Below, in pieces: positions 16,230-24,670 of a DNA stretch of 32,000 bases. The notes beneath the pieces were generated by a model, which was not told the DNA's origin, did not search any database, and saw only the letters and a program-made list of their open reading frames with translations. Where the stretch lies: positions 60,001 through 92,000 of the forward strand of contig NZ_LGHJ01000006.1 in NCBI RefSeq assembly GCF_001306055.1, written 5' to 3'. The position numbers and the translations under genes were made by a program. This DNA is from Bellilinea caldifistulae. GTDB taxonomy: Bacteria; Chloroflexota; Anaerolineae; Anaerolineales; Anaerolineaceae. The first letter of the stretch is position 1. Each line of letters opens with the position of its first letter.

Positions 16230-16275
16230 GTCATTGCGCGCCGCCGCAGGCGGCGTGGCGGTCTCCTGCCTCACT
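16230..16275 (+). repeat. Intergenic interspersed repeat, copy B (hairpin CGCCGCC-gca-GGCGGCG)
   Basis: gtcattgcgcgccgccgcaggcggcgtggc matches copy A (479-509), see that feature. Preceded by the direct repeat ACGTCA x2 (16214-16219 and 16228-16233). Confidence 0.6.
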
Positions 16276-16376
16276 CCCAGCGCTGTGGGCAAGTTTCATG
16301 ACGTTCGGGGTAGTGGAATGCGTGTGGGGAAAAACGGTCGCAAATTTAGTCAAAACCGCCCTTCTCACATACCCCG

Positions 16377-16405
16377 TTGAATTTCCAATTCTTAAGTTCT
16401 ATAAT
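16377..16405 (+). promoter_or_regulatory. Near-consensus sigma70 promoter of the PKD lipoprotein gene
   Basis: TTGAAT (16377-16382), 17-nt spacer, TATAAT (16400-16405), inside an AT-rich patch. A second TATAAT lies at 16441-16446. The leader to ATG 16533 is about 90-125 nt. Confidence 0.6.
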
Positions 16406-16532
16406 CAAAGAAAACCATATTTACTTCACAAATTGTCCTGTATAATGCCCGATTAAACCCTGGAGGGAATCAGACCTTCAAAGGTAGCCGGGTTGGTGCT
16501 CGAAATGGCTGCTTGTGGGAGGGGAGGCATCC

Positions 16533-19157
16533 ATGAAACGCTTGTTATCTTCACTCGTGATCGTAGTCTGCTGTTTATCAGCATGTGTGGATATTCCTTC
16601 GCAATTCGGCGTTGATCTTAATGTAGAAACCAGCAGTGAACTGGGTCCGGATACCCTCGCCCGCATTGACGCCGTCAACCAGACTCTGGCAACCGGTGTG
16701 GAAGTTGGACCGGAAACCCGCCAGGTGGTTCGTGAACTCAACGAAACCATTCGCCAGGGGGTCAAGGCCGGTTTTGACGAAGCCACACTCTCGCGCGTGG
16801 ATGACCTGCTGCGGGTGGTCGAGGATGGCTTGAAGATTGGACTGGACCAAGAAACGCTGGACAGCATCAACGGAATCGTGGACGCCATGGACCGCATGCC
16901 CGGTAACTGGGAAATTGCTGCCACCGAAATTGTGCGCACGCTGGAACGCAGCGGCGGTACCCTCGCCGGGCGGATGGCGGATGAAGTCAAAACCGTGATG
17001 AACGAAGCCCGGTTGAACATGCAGCAGATGACCGCCATTGCCGGGACGGAATTCCGCTGCAATGTGGATTTTCTCGGCTCCAAGGCCGGGGCAACCGTCA
17101 ACGAATTCATCGGCCGCAGCATCATCGGCCGCTTGAAGAACATCCTCTCCGGTAAGCCGGCAAAGGAAGAAATTCCGACACCGTGGGTGTGTCAGGTCAT
17201 CCCGGAGCGCATCGAACTGATTCAGGTGGGCGGGCGGTTGATCTTTCAAGACGGTATTTTGACCCTGACCGGTTATAACTACGTGGAGGCAAACTCTCCG
17301 CGTGCCTACGTGGTGGATGAAGCCGGCAACCGGCTTGAGTCCATTCAGTTATTCCCCTACCGCACCAGCCCATATCAAATCCAGCTCAACCTGCAGGATT
17401 TGGATTTCAGCGCCATTCCGCCCCGTTCGCGGATTGTCTTTCAATGGCCGAACGTTCCGGAAACCAGCGGGGTGGCCATTCTGATGCCGGCGGTCAACCC
17501 TCCGGTGGCACGCTTTACATTCAGTCCCGCCGGCGGGAGCGCACCGTTGACCGTCCAGTTTACCGACACTTCTACCGGCGACCCCTCGCAGTGGTCCTGG
17601 TCGTTTGGGGATGGGGCAACCTCCAACGAACGCAATCCCACCCACACCTTCATGGAAGCCCGGCGTTATGAAGTTCAATTGACGGTTTCCAATCCGCTGG
17701 GTTCTTCAACCGTTTCGGAAGTGCTGGTGGTGGGCGAGCAGCTGGCGGCTGATTTCACCTTTACCCCCCGGCAGGGCGATGCTCCGCTGATCGTTGAATT
17801 TACCGATCGTTCGAGCGGCAACCCGACTGCATGGGAATGGGATTTCGGCGACGGCGAACGCTCCACCGAGCGCAACCCCATTCACGTGTATAATGTCCCC
17901 AATCCGGAGGGTTACACCGTGACTTTACGGGTGAGCAATGCGCAGGGAAGTGCGCTCAAAACCAACCCCGACCGGGTCATCGTCAAGGAGAAACTGGATG
18001 CCGATTTTACCGCCGATACCACCAGTGGGCGCGCGCCGCTGACCGTCAGGTTCCGCGATACTTCCAAAGGCAGCCAAATCACTGGCTGGTTGTGGGATTT
18101 TGGCGACGGCACTACCTCGACCGAGCGCAACCCCACCCACACCTTCACCGAAAACAGCCTCTACGATGTAAGCCTGACCGTTACCAACCCTGAAGGGCAA
18201 ACCAGCACCGAGGTCAAACGTGGTTACATCAACGCCTTCAAACTGGTCTACCTGCGTCCGGGCTTCATCACCATTCCTGTTTTCTCCGTGCTCAATGATT
18301 TACAGGCCTACACGCCGTCCTTCTCACTGGCAATGGGCGGTGAACAAAAGGACACCGGCATTTCTTCTGATCGCTATGTGTGCGGGATCATCGGTATTTC
18401 CGCCGTGGAGGGAGACATTCAGGAAGACGATGCCGGGGATATCCTCAAAGCATATCTGTTCCGGCAGTACAGCCCGGCGCTCGGAAAAGACTCGTGGTGG
18501 GTGACGGCTGACTTCCGCACTCACCGTGACAGAAAAGAACGCTGGAATATCAAACTGCTCTGTCTTGACCGAAAAACGGAGAATAGCGCTTTTGTGTACC
18601 GGGAATACACCGGCATGGAAGGCGGAAAACAGCACCTGACCGGACTCTCAACAGCGGACTACTTCTTCTGCGGGGTGGTGGGGCAGGCTGCTTTGTTCGG
18701 TGATATTCAGGAGAGCGGCGTTCAACCGGTGGTCTGGCAGGCGTATCTGGACGGCAGCGGCCCGGAGTGGAAAATCGTTGTGGATTTTGCCACCCACGGT
18801 GTTAACGAAACCTGGAATGTCAATGTGCTCTGCCTCAAGCGAGGTTCGTATCTGGCAACCGATAAACCGGCTTTTGTGACTCAGCATTTCAATTACCTGG
18901 CTCTGCCGGAGCCGCGCTTCCGCACCAGCATCCCGGTCAACGATTATTCCTGCGGTTTGGTGGGTGTTTCTGCCGAAAGGGGCGATATTCAAGAGAATGA
19001 CCGGCAGCCGATTTTGCTGCTTGCCGACATGATCCCGGATGGCAGTATCTGGGCAATCCGCACCTATTTCGCCTGGCACAATAAAGCCCCCGACTGGCAG
19101 GTGGACATGCTGTGTATCCACAATGAATACGTCAAGGGTGAAATTCCACCCCCGTAA
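16533..19157 (+). CDS. Large surface lipoprotein: helical N-region, Ig-like region, 3 PKD domains, 3 copies of an unassigned Cys-bracketed C-terminal repeat
   Basis: SD GGGAGGGGAGG lies before ATG 16533. Lipobox CLSAC. Three PKD domains (about 17508-18225), each with PL.V.F.D.S.G....W.WDFGDG..S.ERNP.H.Y/F. C-terminal repeats at 18369-19121. Confidence 0.8.
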   Translation: MKRLLSSLVIVVCCLSACVDIPSQFGVDLNVETSSELGPDTLARIDAVNQTLATGVEVGPETRQVVRELNETIRQGVKAGFDEATLSRVDDLLRVVEDGLKIGLDQETLDSINGIVDAMDRMPGNWEIAATEIVRTLERSGGTLAGRMADEVKTVMNEARLNMQQMTAIAGTEFRCNVDFLGSKAGATVNEFIGRSIIGRLKNILSGKPAKEEIPTPWVCQVIPERIELIQVGGRLIFQDGILTLTGYNYVEANSPRAYVVDEAGNRLESIQLFPYRTSPYQIQLNLQDLDFSAIPPRSRIVFQWPNVPETSGVAILMPAVNPPVARFTFSPAGGSAPLTVQFTDTSTGDPSQWSWSFGDGATSNERNPTHTFMEARRYEVQLTVSNPLGSSTVSEVLVVGEQLAADFTFTPRQGDAPLIVEFTDRSSGNPTAWEWDFGDGERSTERNPIHVYNVPNPEGYTVTLRVSNAQGSALKTNPDRVIVKEKLDADFTADTTSGRAPLTVRFRDTSKGSQITGWLWDFGDGTTSTERNPTHTFTENSLYDVSLTVTNPEGQTSTEVKRGYINAFKLVYLRPGFITIPVFSVLNDLQAYTPSFSLAMGGEQKDTGISSDRYVCGIIGISAVEGDIQEDDAGDILKAYLFRQYSPALGKDSWWVTADFRTHRDRKERWNIKLLCLDRKTENSAFVYREYTGMEGGKQHLTGLSTADYFFCGVVGQAALFGDIQESGVQPVVWQAYLDGSGPEWKIVVDFATHGVNETWNVNVLCLKRGSYLATDKPAFVTQHFNYLALPEPRFRTSIPVNDYSCGLVGVSAERGDIQENDRQPILLLADMIPDGSIWAIRTYFAWHNKAPDWQVDMLCIHNEYVKGEIPPP
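18369..19121 (+). repeat. Three tandem protein-level repeats (60-68 aa cores) of unknown family inside the PKD lipoprotein
   Basis: Cores at 18369-18572, 18657-18842 and 18942-19121. They share D(R)Y.(.)CG[ILV][IV]G..A..GDIQE...[ILV]......W.[IV]...F..H.....W.[IV]..LC[LI]. Confidence 0.7.
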
Positions 19158-19182
19158 ACAATCGGCCCGGCCAAACTCTTCC

Positions 19183-19217
19183 GAGGCGGTTGGGGGTTCA
19201 ACCGCCTCAACTTTTTT
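19183..19217 (+). terminator. Rho-independent terminator after the PKD lipoprotein gene
   Basis: GAGGCGGTT (19183-19191) pairs with AACCGCCTC (19200-19208). The loop is 8 nt, followed by AACTTTTTT. The T-tract overlaps the stop codon of the convergent gene. Confidence 0.75.
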
Positions 19218-20856
19218 ACCACCCGCTTGCCGCAAAGATGCTTTCCAGCAAGGCCTGTCGTTCCTCGGTGGTCATCGGACGCGAGCGCAGAAAATCCTCG
19301 AAGCGCAGGGTGAGCAGTTGCGTGCCGATGTACCGCCCTTCGTAGAAAACATGCCGGTCAACGAAGGCGCGCTCGAATGGTTCGCCCATCGAATACTGGT
19401 CAAAGAACAGGTTGCCCAACCCGTAGTGCAGAAAACTGCCGTCGTAAAATTCCATAGCCTGCGGCAGGTGCCCCTGACTGCCGGAGACAACCACCGCCCC
19501 CGCCTGAGCGACGCGCTCAAAATCTTCCACCGCTTGCGGCCGGGCGCTGAAGGTTTCGTATTCAAGGTGCGAAAAGGTTACAATCGGCAGGTAGCCCTCC
19601 GCCCGCAGGCGGGCAATTTCGGCGGTCAGCCGGTCGAAATCGCACAACACTGCGCCGGGGGACTCGGCTGAAGCCTTGGCGTAAGCCGGTCCTTTGGCGT
19701 TACAGCCGATGAAAGCGATGCGGTTGCCGTTGTGATCAAACAACGCCGGCTGCCAGCTCTCTTCCAGTGTTGCGCCGCCGCCGTAAGTCTGCCAGCCACG
19801 CCGGTGGTACTCTTGCAGGGTGAACAGCACATCCTCCGGCTGAGCGTCAATAAAGTGATCACCGGTCATCTCGACCACATCGGTGCCGACGGCTTCCAGC
19901 AGTTCAATCCAGCGGATGTCGCTGCACGGAAAGATGATCACTCCGGTTTCGTTCAACCCCTCCTCAGGTGGCGAACAATTCTCCCGGAAGGCCACTTCGT
20001 TGTTGATGTGGGTAATGTCCGCTTCTTTGAGCCAGTCGGTTACTTCGCCCAGGGCGTATTCCACCCCGTGCAGGCGCAGATACAGCGCGGTGGCGCGCAC
20101 CAGTGCCGTGACACCGGTCACCGCCACAACCGTCATCCGGTTTTCATCACGGTTGCCGGGCGGTATGCCGGCAGCCAGTTCCCCGGCATGGCTACCGCTC
20201 AAGGCATAGGGAATGGCCAGCGCGTAACCGGCTTCATCCAGACCGCGTTGCAGGGGTGAGAGACCGTCCACTGCCAGCACTTTCAGTTCGGGTTCAAGGC
20301 GCTCGAAGGGGACAATGCCGCGCGCTTCGGGTTGCTGCCAGAGCGCTTGCGTCATTCCCCCAAGCGGCACAACCCGAACGGTTGACTCGCCGGGCGCTCC
20401 CCACCAGCCGGTCAACATTGCCAGCGTATCGGGTTCAACCAGCAGAGGAAAAGCCGGATCGTCCAATCCATACCACGCCCGCTGCAGGCTGACCGAGGTG
20501 ATCCCGTCCTCCACCGTAGCAAAGCGGGCAACCAGCGCGTACACCCACCGGCCGGCCGGCAGTCCTTCCTCCCCCAGCCGCAGCTGAACATCGGCATCTG
20601 CAGAATGCTCGCTCAATTGCCAGCCGTTCGGCAATTGAACCGCCCCGCGCAAGCCGGGAGGCAGATGATCGTCCAGCCACACCCGCCGGGATGGCGAGGC
20701 TATCGGCTGTGGTTCATTGATCTTTGTTTGGGGCTGGAAAGGCGTGGGAGTCTCAATGCTGTTTAGATAAATCGGACGAAAGGAGGAAACTTCCGGTAAA
20801 ATCTGGCAGCCAGCCAGCCACACAATCCACAGCAGGTACCATAAATTGCGTTTCAT
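19216..20856 (-). CDS. CapA/PGA_cap-family (metallophosphatase-like) lipoprotein with an unassigned ~230-aa N-terminal domain
   Basis: Lipobox WLAGC. The C-terminal half shows ITHINNEVAF, VEMTGDH, IVTFSHLEYE, VVSGSQGHLPQ and HYGLGNLFFDQ. These are collinear with the CapA family motifs (N.E, H.G.E, GsHpH..Q, YslGNf.fdq) as I remember them. Confidence 0.65.
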   Translation of the reverse strand: MKRNLWYLLWIVWLAGCQILPEVSSFRPIYLNSIETPTPFQPQTKINEPQPIASPSRRVWLDDHLPPGLRGAVQLPNGWQLSEHSADADVQLRLGEEGLPAGRWVYALVARFATVEDGITSVSLQRAWYGLDDPAFPLLVEPDTLAMLTGWWGAPGESTVRVVPLGGMTQALWQQPEARGIVPFERLEPELKVLAVDGLSPLQRGLDEAGYALAIPYALSGSHAGELAAGIPPGNRDENRMTVVAVTGVTALVRATALYLRLHGVEYALGEVTDWLKEADITHINNEVAFRENCSPPEEGLNETGVIIFPCSDIRWIELLEAVGTDVVEMTGDHFIDAQPEDVLFTLQEYHRRGWQTYGGGATLEESWQPALFDHNGNRIAFIGCNAKGPAYAKASAESPGAVLCDFDRLTAEIARLRAEGYLPIVTFSHLEYETFSARPQAVEDFERVAQAGAVVVSGSQGHLPQAMEFYDGSFLHYGLGNLFFDQYSMGEPFERAFVDRHVFYEGRYIGTQLLTLRFEDFLRSRPMTTEERQALLESIFAASGW

Positions 20857-20884
20857 GGGCAGAATTATAGAATATAATCAACCC

Positions 20885-21454
20885 ATGACCGTCGAAATCA
20901 CCCCTTACAAAAGTGAATGGAAGACAGAATTTGAGCAAATTGCCGCATTCTTGCGGCAGGTGTTAGGAGATACGGCACTGCGCATTGACCACATCGGCTC
21001 AACGGCCGTGCCGGGGCTGGACGCCAAGGATATCCTCGATATTCAAGTAACGGTAAAAGCGCTGGACGAAACCGTGATGAACGCCTTGACCACAGCCGGT
21101 TTCATTCACCGCGCCGACGTTACCGGTGATCACCTGCCGCCCGGCCGGGATGAAGACGAAGCCAGCTGGCGGAAGTGGTTGTTCAAACCGCCGCCCGGCT
21201 GGCGTGAGGTTAACCTGCATGTGCGCCTTGCAGGTGCGCCCAATCAGCGCTATGCGCTGCTGTTCCGCGAATTTTTACGTTCGCACCCCTTGTTTGCTCA
21301 GGCCTATGCGCGCCTGAAATGGGGTCTGGCTGCCCACATGCCTGACCGCCACACCTATTCGGATGTCAAAGACCCCGCCGTGGATTTGATTATTCTGGCA
21401 GCCGAGGAATGGGCCGCCCAAACCGGCTGGCAGCTTCCGCCCCCCGATGCCTGA
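20885..21454 (+). CDS. GrpB family protein (UPF0157, nucleotidyltransferase-fold)
   Basis: ITPYKSEWKTEFEQIAAFLRQVLGDTALRIDHIGSTAVPGLDAKDILDIQV is a typical GrpB N-terminal block. TATAAT at 20873-20878 ends 6 nt before ATG 20885, suggesting a leaderless transcript. Confidence 0.8.
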   Translation: MTVEITPYKSEWKTEFEQIAAFLRQVLGDTALRIDHIGSTAVPGLDAKDILDIQVTVKALDETVMNALTTAGFIHRADVTGDHLPPGRDEDEASWRKWLFKPPPGWREVNLHVRLAGAPNQRYALLFREFLRSHPLFAQAYARLKWGLAAHMPDRHTYSDVKDPAVDLIILAAEEWAAQTGWQLPPPDA

Positions 21455-21479
21455 ACCATCCCCCTGATGACAACGGCGC

Positions 21480-23066
21480 TTACGGGGCGATCACCTGCTG
21501 CTGGACGGTTTCCGGCAGTTCGGGCGAAAAGTCCCGCAGGTTTTGTCGGATTTCATTCACCTGTGCAGGACGCAGGGCGTAGAATGCCACCGTATCGCTG
21601 GTACAGACGATGTTGTCGGCGATCCGCCAGCGGCCAACCTCGACCCAGCCGGCCGGTTTGGAATACAGGTCAAACCACTCCGGGTAGAGAATAGCCAGCG
21701 CTGCCCCCTCGGATTGGGCGAGATCATCCACGTTGGCGAAATTCCAGCTGCCCTCCTGCCACCAGCGGCCGGTTTGGCGGTTAGCCAGCCCGAGGATGTC
21801 AATCAGGTGTATATCGGCGTAATAACTGATTGCGCCGATGTCATTGGCAACAATCCTCTGGCCGTTGTAAAAGCGGCTGACAAAGCGCGCCATTTGTACC
21901 TGCTGTTCGTGAATGTTGCGCACGGCCAGGGGGTATGCCGAAAAGGCGTTACCGCCGCGGTAAGCCAGCGGAAGCAGCAAAAGCAGGGTGAGCATCAGTG
22001 CGGCTGCGTTCAACGGCGTGAAGCGCTCCTGCGGCCGGCTTTGCAGCCATTTGAGCAGCACTCCCAGCAGCTCCATCAGCAGCAAGCTGCCGGTAAAAAC
22101 CAGATAGGCCTCATAACGGAAGAACCAGCCAACCCTGGCCAGTTGCAGATGCAGGCTGAACATGCCCACAAATAAACCCACCCGCCAGCGCTGGGGCGAA
22201 TTGAGCAGTCCGAGACCCTCGCCCAGCCCAAAGGCGAGCAGCACCGCCACAATCAGCCCGAACAGGGCCGGCGTATCCAGCAGGTTGTAAATTCCCTGGG
22301 TTAGAAATTGAGCCAGCCCCGCGGCAGAAGACACATCCACCACGCTTTTGACCAGCACCGAATTGGGGAAAAATGCCCAGCCGTTGGCGAGCGAAATCAG
22401 TCCGTAGAGGGTCATCAGCGAAGCACCCGCCGCAGCCAGGGTCACTGCGGCACGCAGGCGTTTTTGCCAGAGCAGGGCAAGCCCCACCCAGAACAGGAGA
22501 AACAGGCCTTCGTAGCGGGTGACGGGCAGCAGCGCACATAAAGCCAACAAACCCCAACCCGGCCGGTTTGACCGTTCTGGCGCGGCTAGCAGTTCAGAGG
22601 CTGACCAGAGCACCGCCGCGCTCAGCAGGGCGTGCAGGGCGTGTTCCATACCGGTTAAGGCCAGCACCGGCAGGGGGGTGAAGAGCAGCACCAGAATGAC
22701 CAGCACGACCTGCACCAGCCGCCGCCCGCTGTTTGCCAGCAGGCGCTGAGCCATCAGCAGGGCGGCCGCTCCTGCCAGCAGGCTGAGCAGCAGGGCAGCC
22801 CAGTCGCGCACACCCCCCAGCCGGAAGATGACTCCTAGCAGCAAAGTCCACAACGGGGAGGAACTGGCCGAGGTGAAGGGGCTGAGATCCACACTCCAGT
22901 GTCCATCTTCGGCAAAATGGCGGGCAATTGCCATGTGAATGAAGGCGTCGTCCACCGGATAACCGATTTGCCCGCCAGTGTTATTCAGAGCTTGCCAGAA
23001 CAGGGTCAGGGCCAGCAGCAGGTAGAGAAACAGGGGCAGCAGGTCAAGAAGTGTGTTTTTCTTCAT
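21480..23066 (-). CDS. Polytopic membrane protein, putative GT-C-fold glycosyltransferase
   Basis: 528 aa with more than 10 TM helices. A DDAFIH acidic motif follows TM1, as in GT-C enzymes, and there is a C-terminal soluble domain. The function is inferred from architecture only. TGTATAAT lies on the minus strand at 23090-23097. Confidence 0.4.
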   Translation of the reverse strand: MKKNTLLDLLPLFLYLLLALTLFWQALNNTGGQIGYPVDDAFIHMAIARHFAEDGHWSVDLSPFTSASSSPLWTLLLGVIFRLGGVRDWAALLLSLLAGAAALLMAQRLLANSGRRLVQVVLVILVLLFTPLPVLALTGMEHALHALLSAAVLWSASELLAAPERSNRPGWGLLALCALLPVTRYEGLFLLFWVGLALLWQKRLRAAVTLAAAGASLMTLYGLISLANGWAFFPNSVLVKSVVDVSSAAGLAQFLTQGIYNLLDTPALFGLIVAVLLAFGLGEGLGLLNSPQRWRVGLFVGMFSLHLQLARVGWFFRYEAYLVFTGSLLLMELLGVLLKWLQSRPQERFTPLNAAALMLTLLLLLPLAYRGGNAFSAYPLAVRNIHEQQVQMARFVSRFYNGQRIVANDIGAISYYADIHLIDILGLANRQTGRWWQEGSWNFANVDDLAQSEGAALAILYPEWFDLYSKPAGWVEVGRWRIADNIVCTSDTVAFYALRPAQVNEIRQNLRDFSPELPETVQQQVIAP

Positions 23067-23112
23067 CGCAAATGATGGTCTCTGATGAGATTATACATCC
23101 CAAGACCCGAAT

Positions 23113-23147
23113 CAAAATCCGTAAGGGCTTACAACGCCCTTACGGAT
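23113..23147 (-). terminator. Rho-independent terminator of the M50 protease gene
   Basis: Perfect 12-bp stem: ATCCGTAAGGGC (23117-23128) pairs with GCCCTTACGGAT (23136-23147), loop 7 nt. On the minus strand it is followed by TTTTGATT. Confidence 0.8.
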
Positions 23148-23174
23148 GAGGTGCTTGAATTCCGCCGGGTATTC

Positions 23175-24269
23175 TTAGCGGGCGGCTGCAGCGCGCTTTT
23201 CCAGCGCCGAGCGAATCATCAAAAACTCACCAATGTTTTCCATGGTGACCAACCCGACCAGCTGCCCGTCGGCTACTACTGGCAGGGTGTGGCACTCGCG
23301 TTCCTGCAATTTGCGCGAGACTTCTTCCAGCATGTCGTTGATGTGGGCGCTTTCGAATTTACAGTCCATCGCCGCCGAAACCGGGGCGTTCTGCCCCAGC
23401 CGCTGAAGGGCATCCACCAGACTTTTGCGGGTCAAAATTCCCACTACGCGGTCACCCGAAAGCACGGGGAAGTCCTGCTGGGTACTGCTCATCAGCAGTT
23501 CAATGGCGCGGCTGAGCGGCTCGCCTTCCTGCAGGGTACGGAAATCGGTGACCATTGCCTGCGAAACCGGAATCCCGCTGAGGGCCGATTTCATCTGTAC
23601 CATGCTGGCTTCCTGGGCTGCGCCGATATAGACAAAGAAGGCGATGAACACCAGAAACGGATTGGTAAACAGACCGATGAAGCCAAACACAAACGCCAGG
23701 GCTTGACCGAGGGTGGCGGCTGCCTGAGTAGCCTGAGTGTAGGGCAGGCGGGTTGCCAGCAAAGCCCGCACCACCCGTCCGCCGTCCATTGGGAAGGCCG
23801 GAATCAGGTTGAAGCCCGCCAGAAACAGGTTAACCACCATCAATCTTTCAAGGAACGGCCCGCCGGTCATGCTCAGCGAACCGATTGGCTGCAATGTGCC
23901 GGTCAACAGCAACCCGATGAACAACACCGCTGAGATGACCACATTCACCAGCGGGCCGGCCAGCGCCACCCACAATTCCTGCATCGGTTTTTCCGGCATG
24001 CGTTCCAGTCGGGCTACACCGCCGATGGGCAGCAGGGTGATGTCTTTGGTTTGAATGCCAAAACGACGGGCGGCAAGGGCGTGGCCGAGTTCATGCAGCA
24101 CCACACACAAAAACAACGCCAGTAAAAAGCCAACCCCCACGGCTACCGCGTTGAGCGAACGCCCCACCAGATAGTAACTGAATGCCACCCAGCCCAAAAT
24201 CAACAGGAAAGTGGCATGGATTTGAATATCAATTCCTGCCACCCGTGCAATTTTCAACGACCATTTCAT
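23175..24269 (-). CDS. Site-2 protease family (M50) zinc metalloprotease with C-terminal CBS pair
   Basis: HELGHALAARRFGI (HExxH), LLPIGGVARLE, NLIPAFPMDGGR, followed by two CBS-like modules. SD GAGGA lies before ATG 24269. Confidence 0.85.
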   Translation of the reverse strand: MKWSLKIARVAGIDIQIHATFLLILGWVAFSYYLVGRSLNAVAVGVGFLLALFLCVVLHELGHALAARRFGIQTKDITLLPIGGVARLERMPEKPMQELWVALAGPLVNVVISAVLFIGLLLTGTLQPIGSLSMTGGPFLERLMVVNLFLAGFNLIPAFPMDGGRVVRALLATRLPYTQATQAAATLGQALAFVFGFIGLFTNPFLVFIAFFVYIGAAQEASMVQMKSALSGIPVSQAMVTDFRTLQEGEPLSRAIELLMSSTQQDFPVLSGDRVVGILTRKSLVDALQRLGQNAPVSAAMDCKFESAHINDMLEEVSRKLQERECHTLPVVADGQLVGLVTMENIGEFLMIRSALEKRAAAAR

Positions 24270-24539
24270 TTCTCATCCTCACTCACTTAAACTTTACTTG
24301 AACAATCAATGTCCATACGGATAACCTTATCTTACTATATTGATGAGTAAGTATCAATTTTTGATTAACGATCTGTATAAAGCATGTTAGTGAGCAAGTA
24401 AACTTCGTTGATGTTGAGAATGTATCTCCAAAGACAAAGGAGGTTACAATGTCCGAATGGATTTTCAATGATGAAAAAACAGCTCGAAGAAACACCATCA
24501 GATGATTCTTAACATGAAAATTTGATGAAAAGTTGCCTC

Positions 24540-24567
24540 TTGACTAGAACAAATATTCTGATAAAAT
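24540..24567 (+). promoter_or_regulatory. Promoter with embedded operator-like AGAAC-N4-ATTCT (copy 2 of the shared module)
   Basis: TTGACT (24540-24545), 16-nt spacer, TGaTAAAAT (24559-24567). A second TATAAT lies at 24575-24580. 27/29 identical to 5823-5851. Confidence 0.6.
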
Positions 24568-24670
24568 GGATGTATATAATCCAAATTAAGATTCGTCCTG
24601 ATCACGCATCCTCTCACCTCTCAGATGAATCCCTTACCGGCAATACCGGACCACCAAAGGAGTAAAAGGT

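Noticed and set aside
24283-24498. 71-aa minus-strand ORF in the AT-rich spacer, and the 166-aa minus-strand ORF at 24614-25114
   Set aside because: They have no RBS. One lies in non-coding-looking AT-rich DNA and the other is antisense to the VOC gene. Neither has recognisable motifs.
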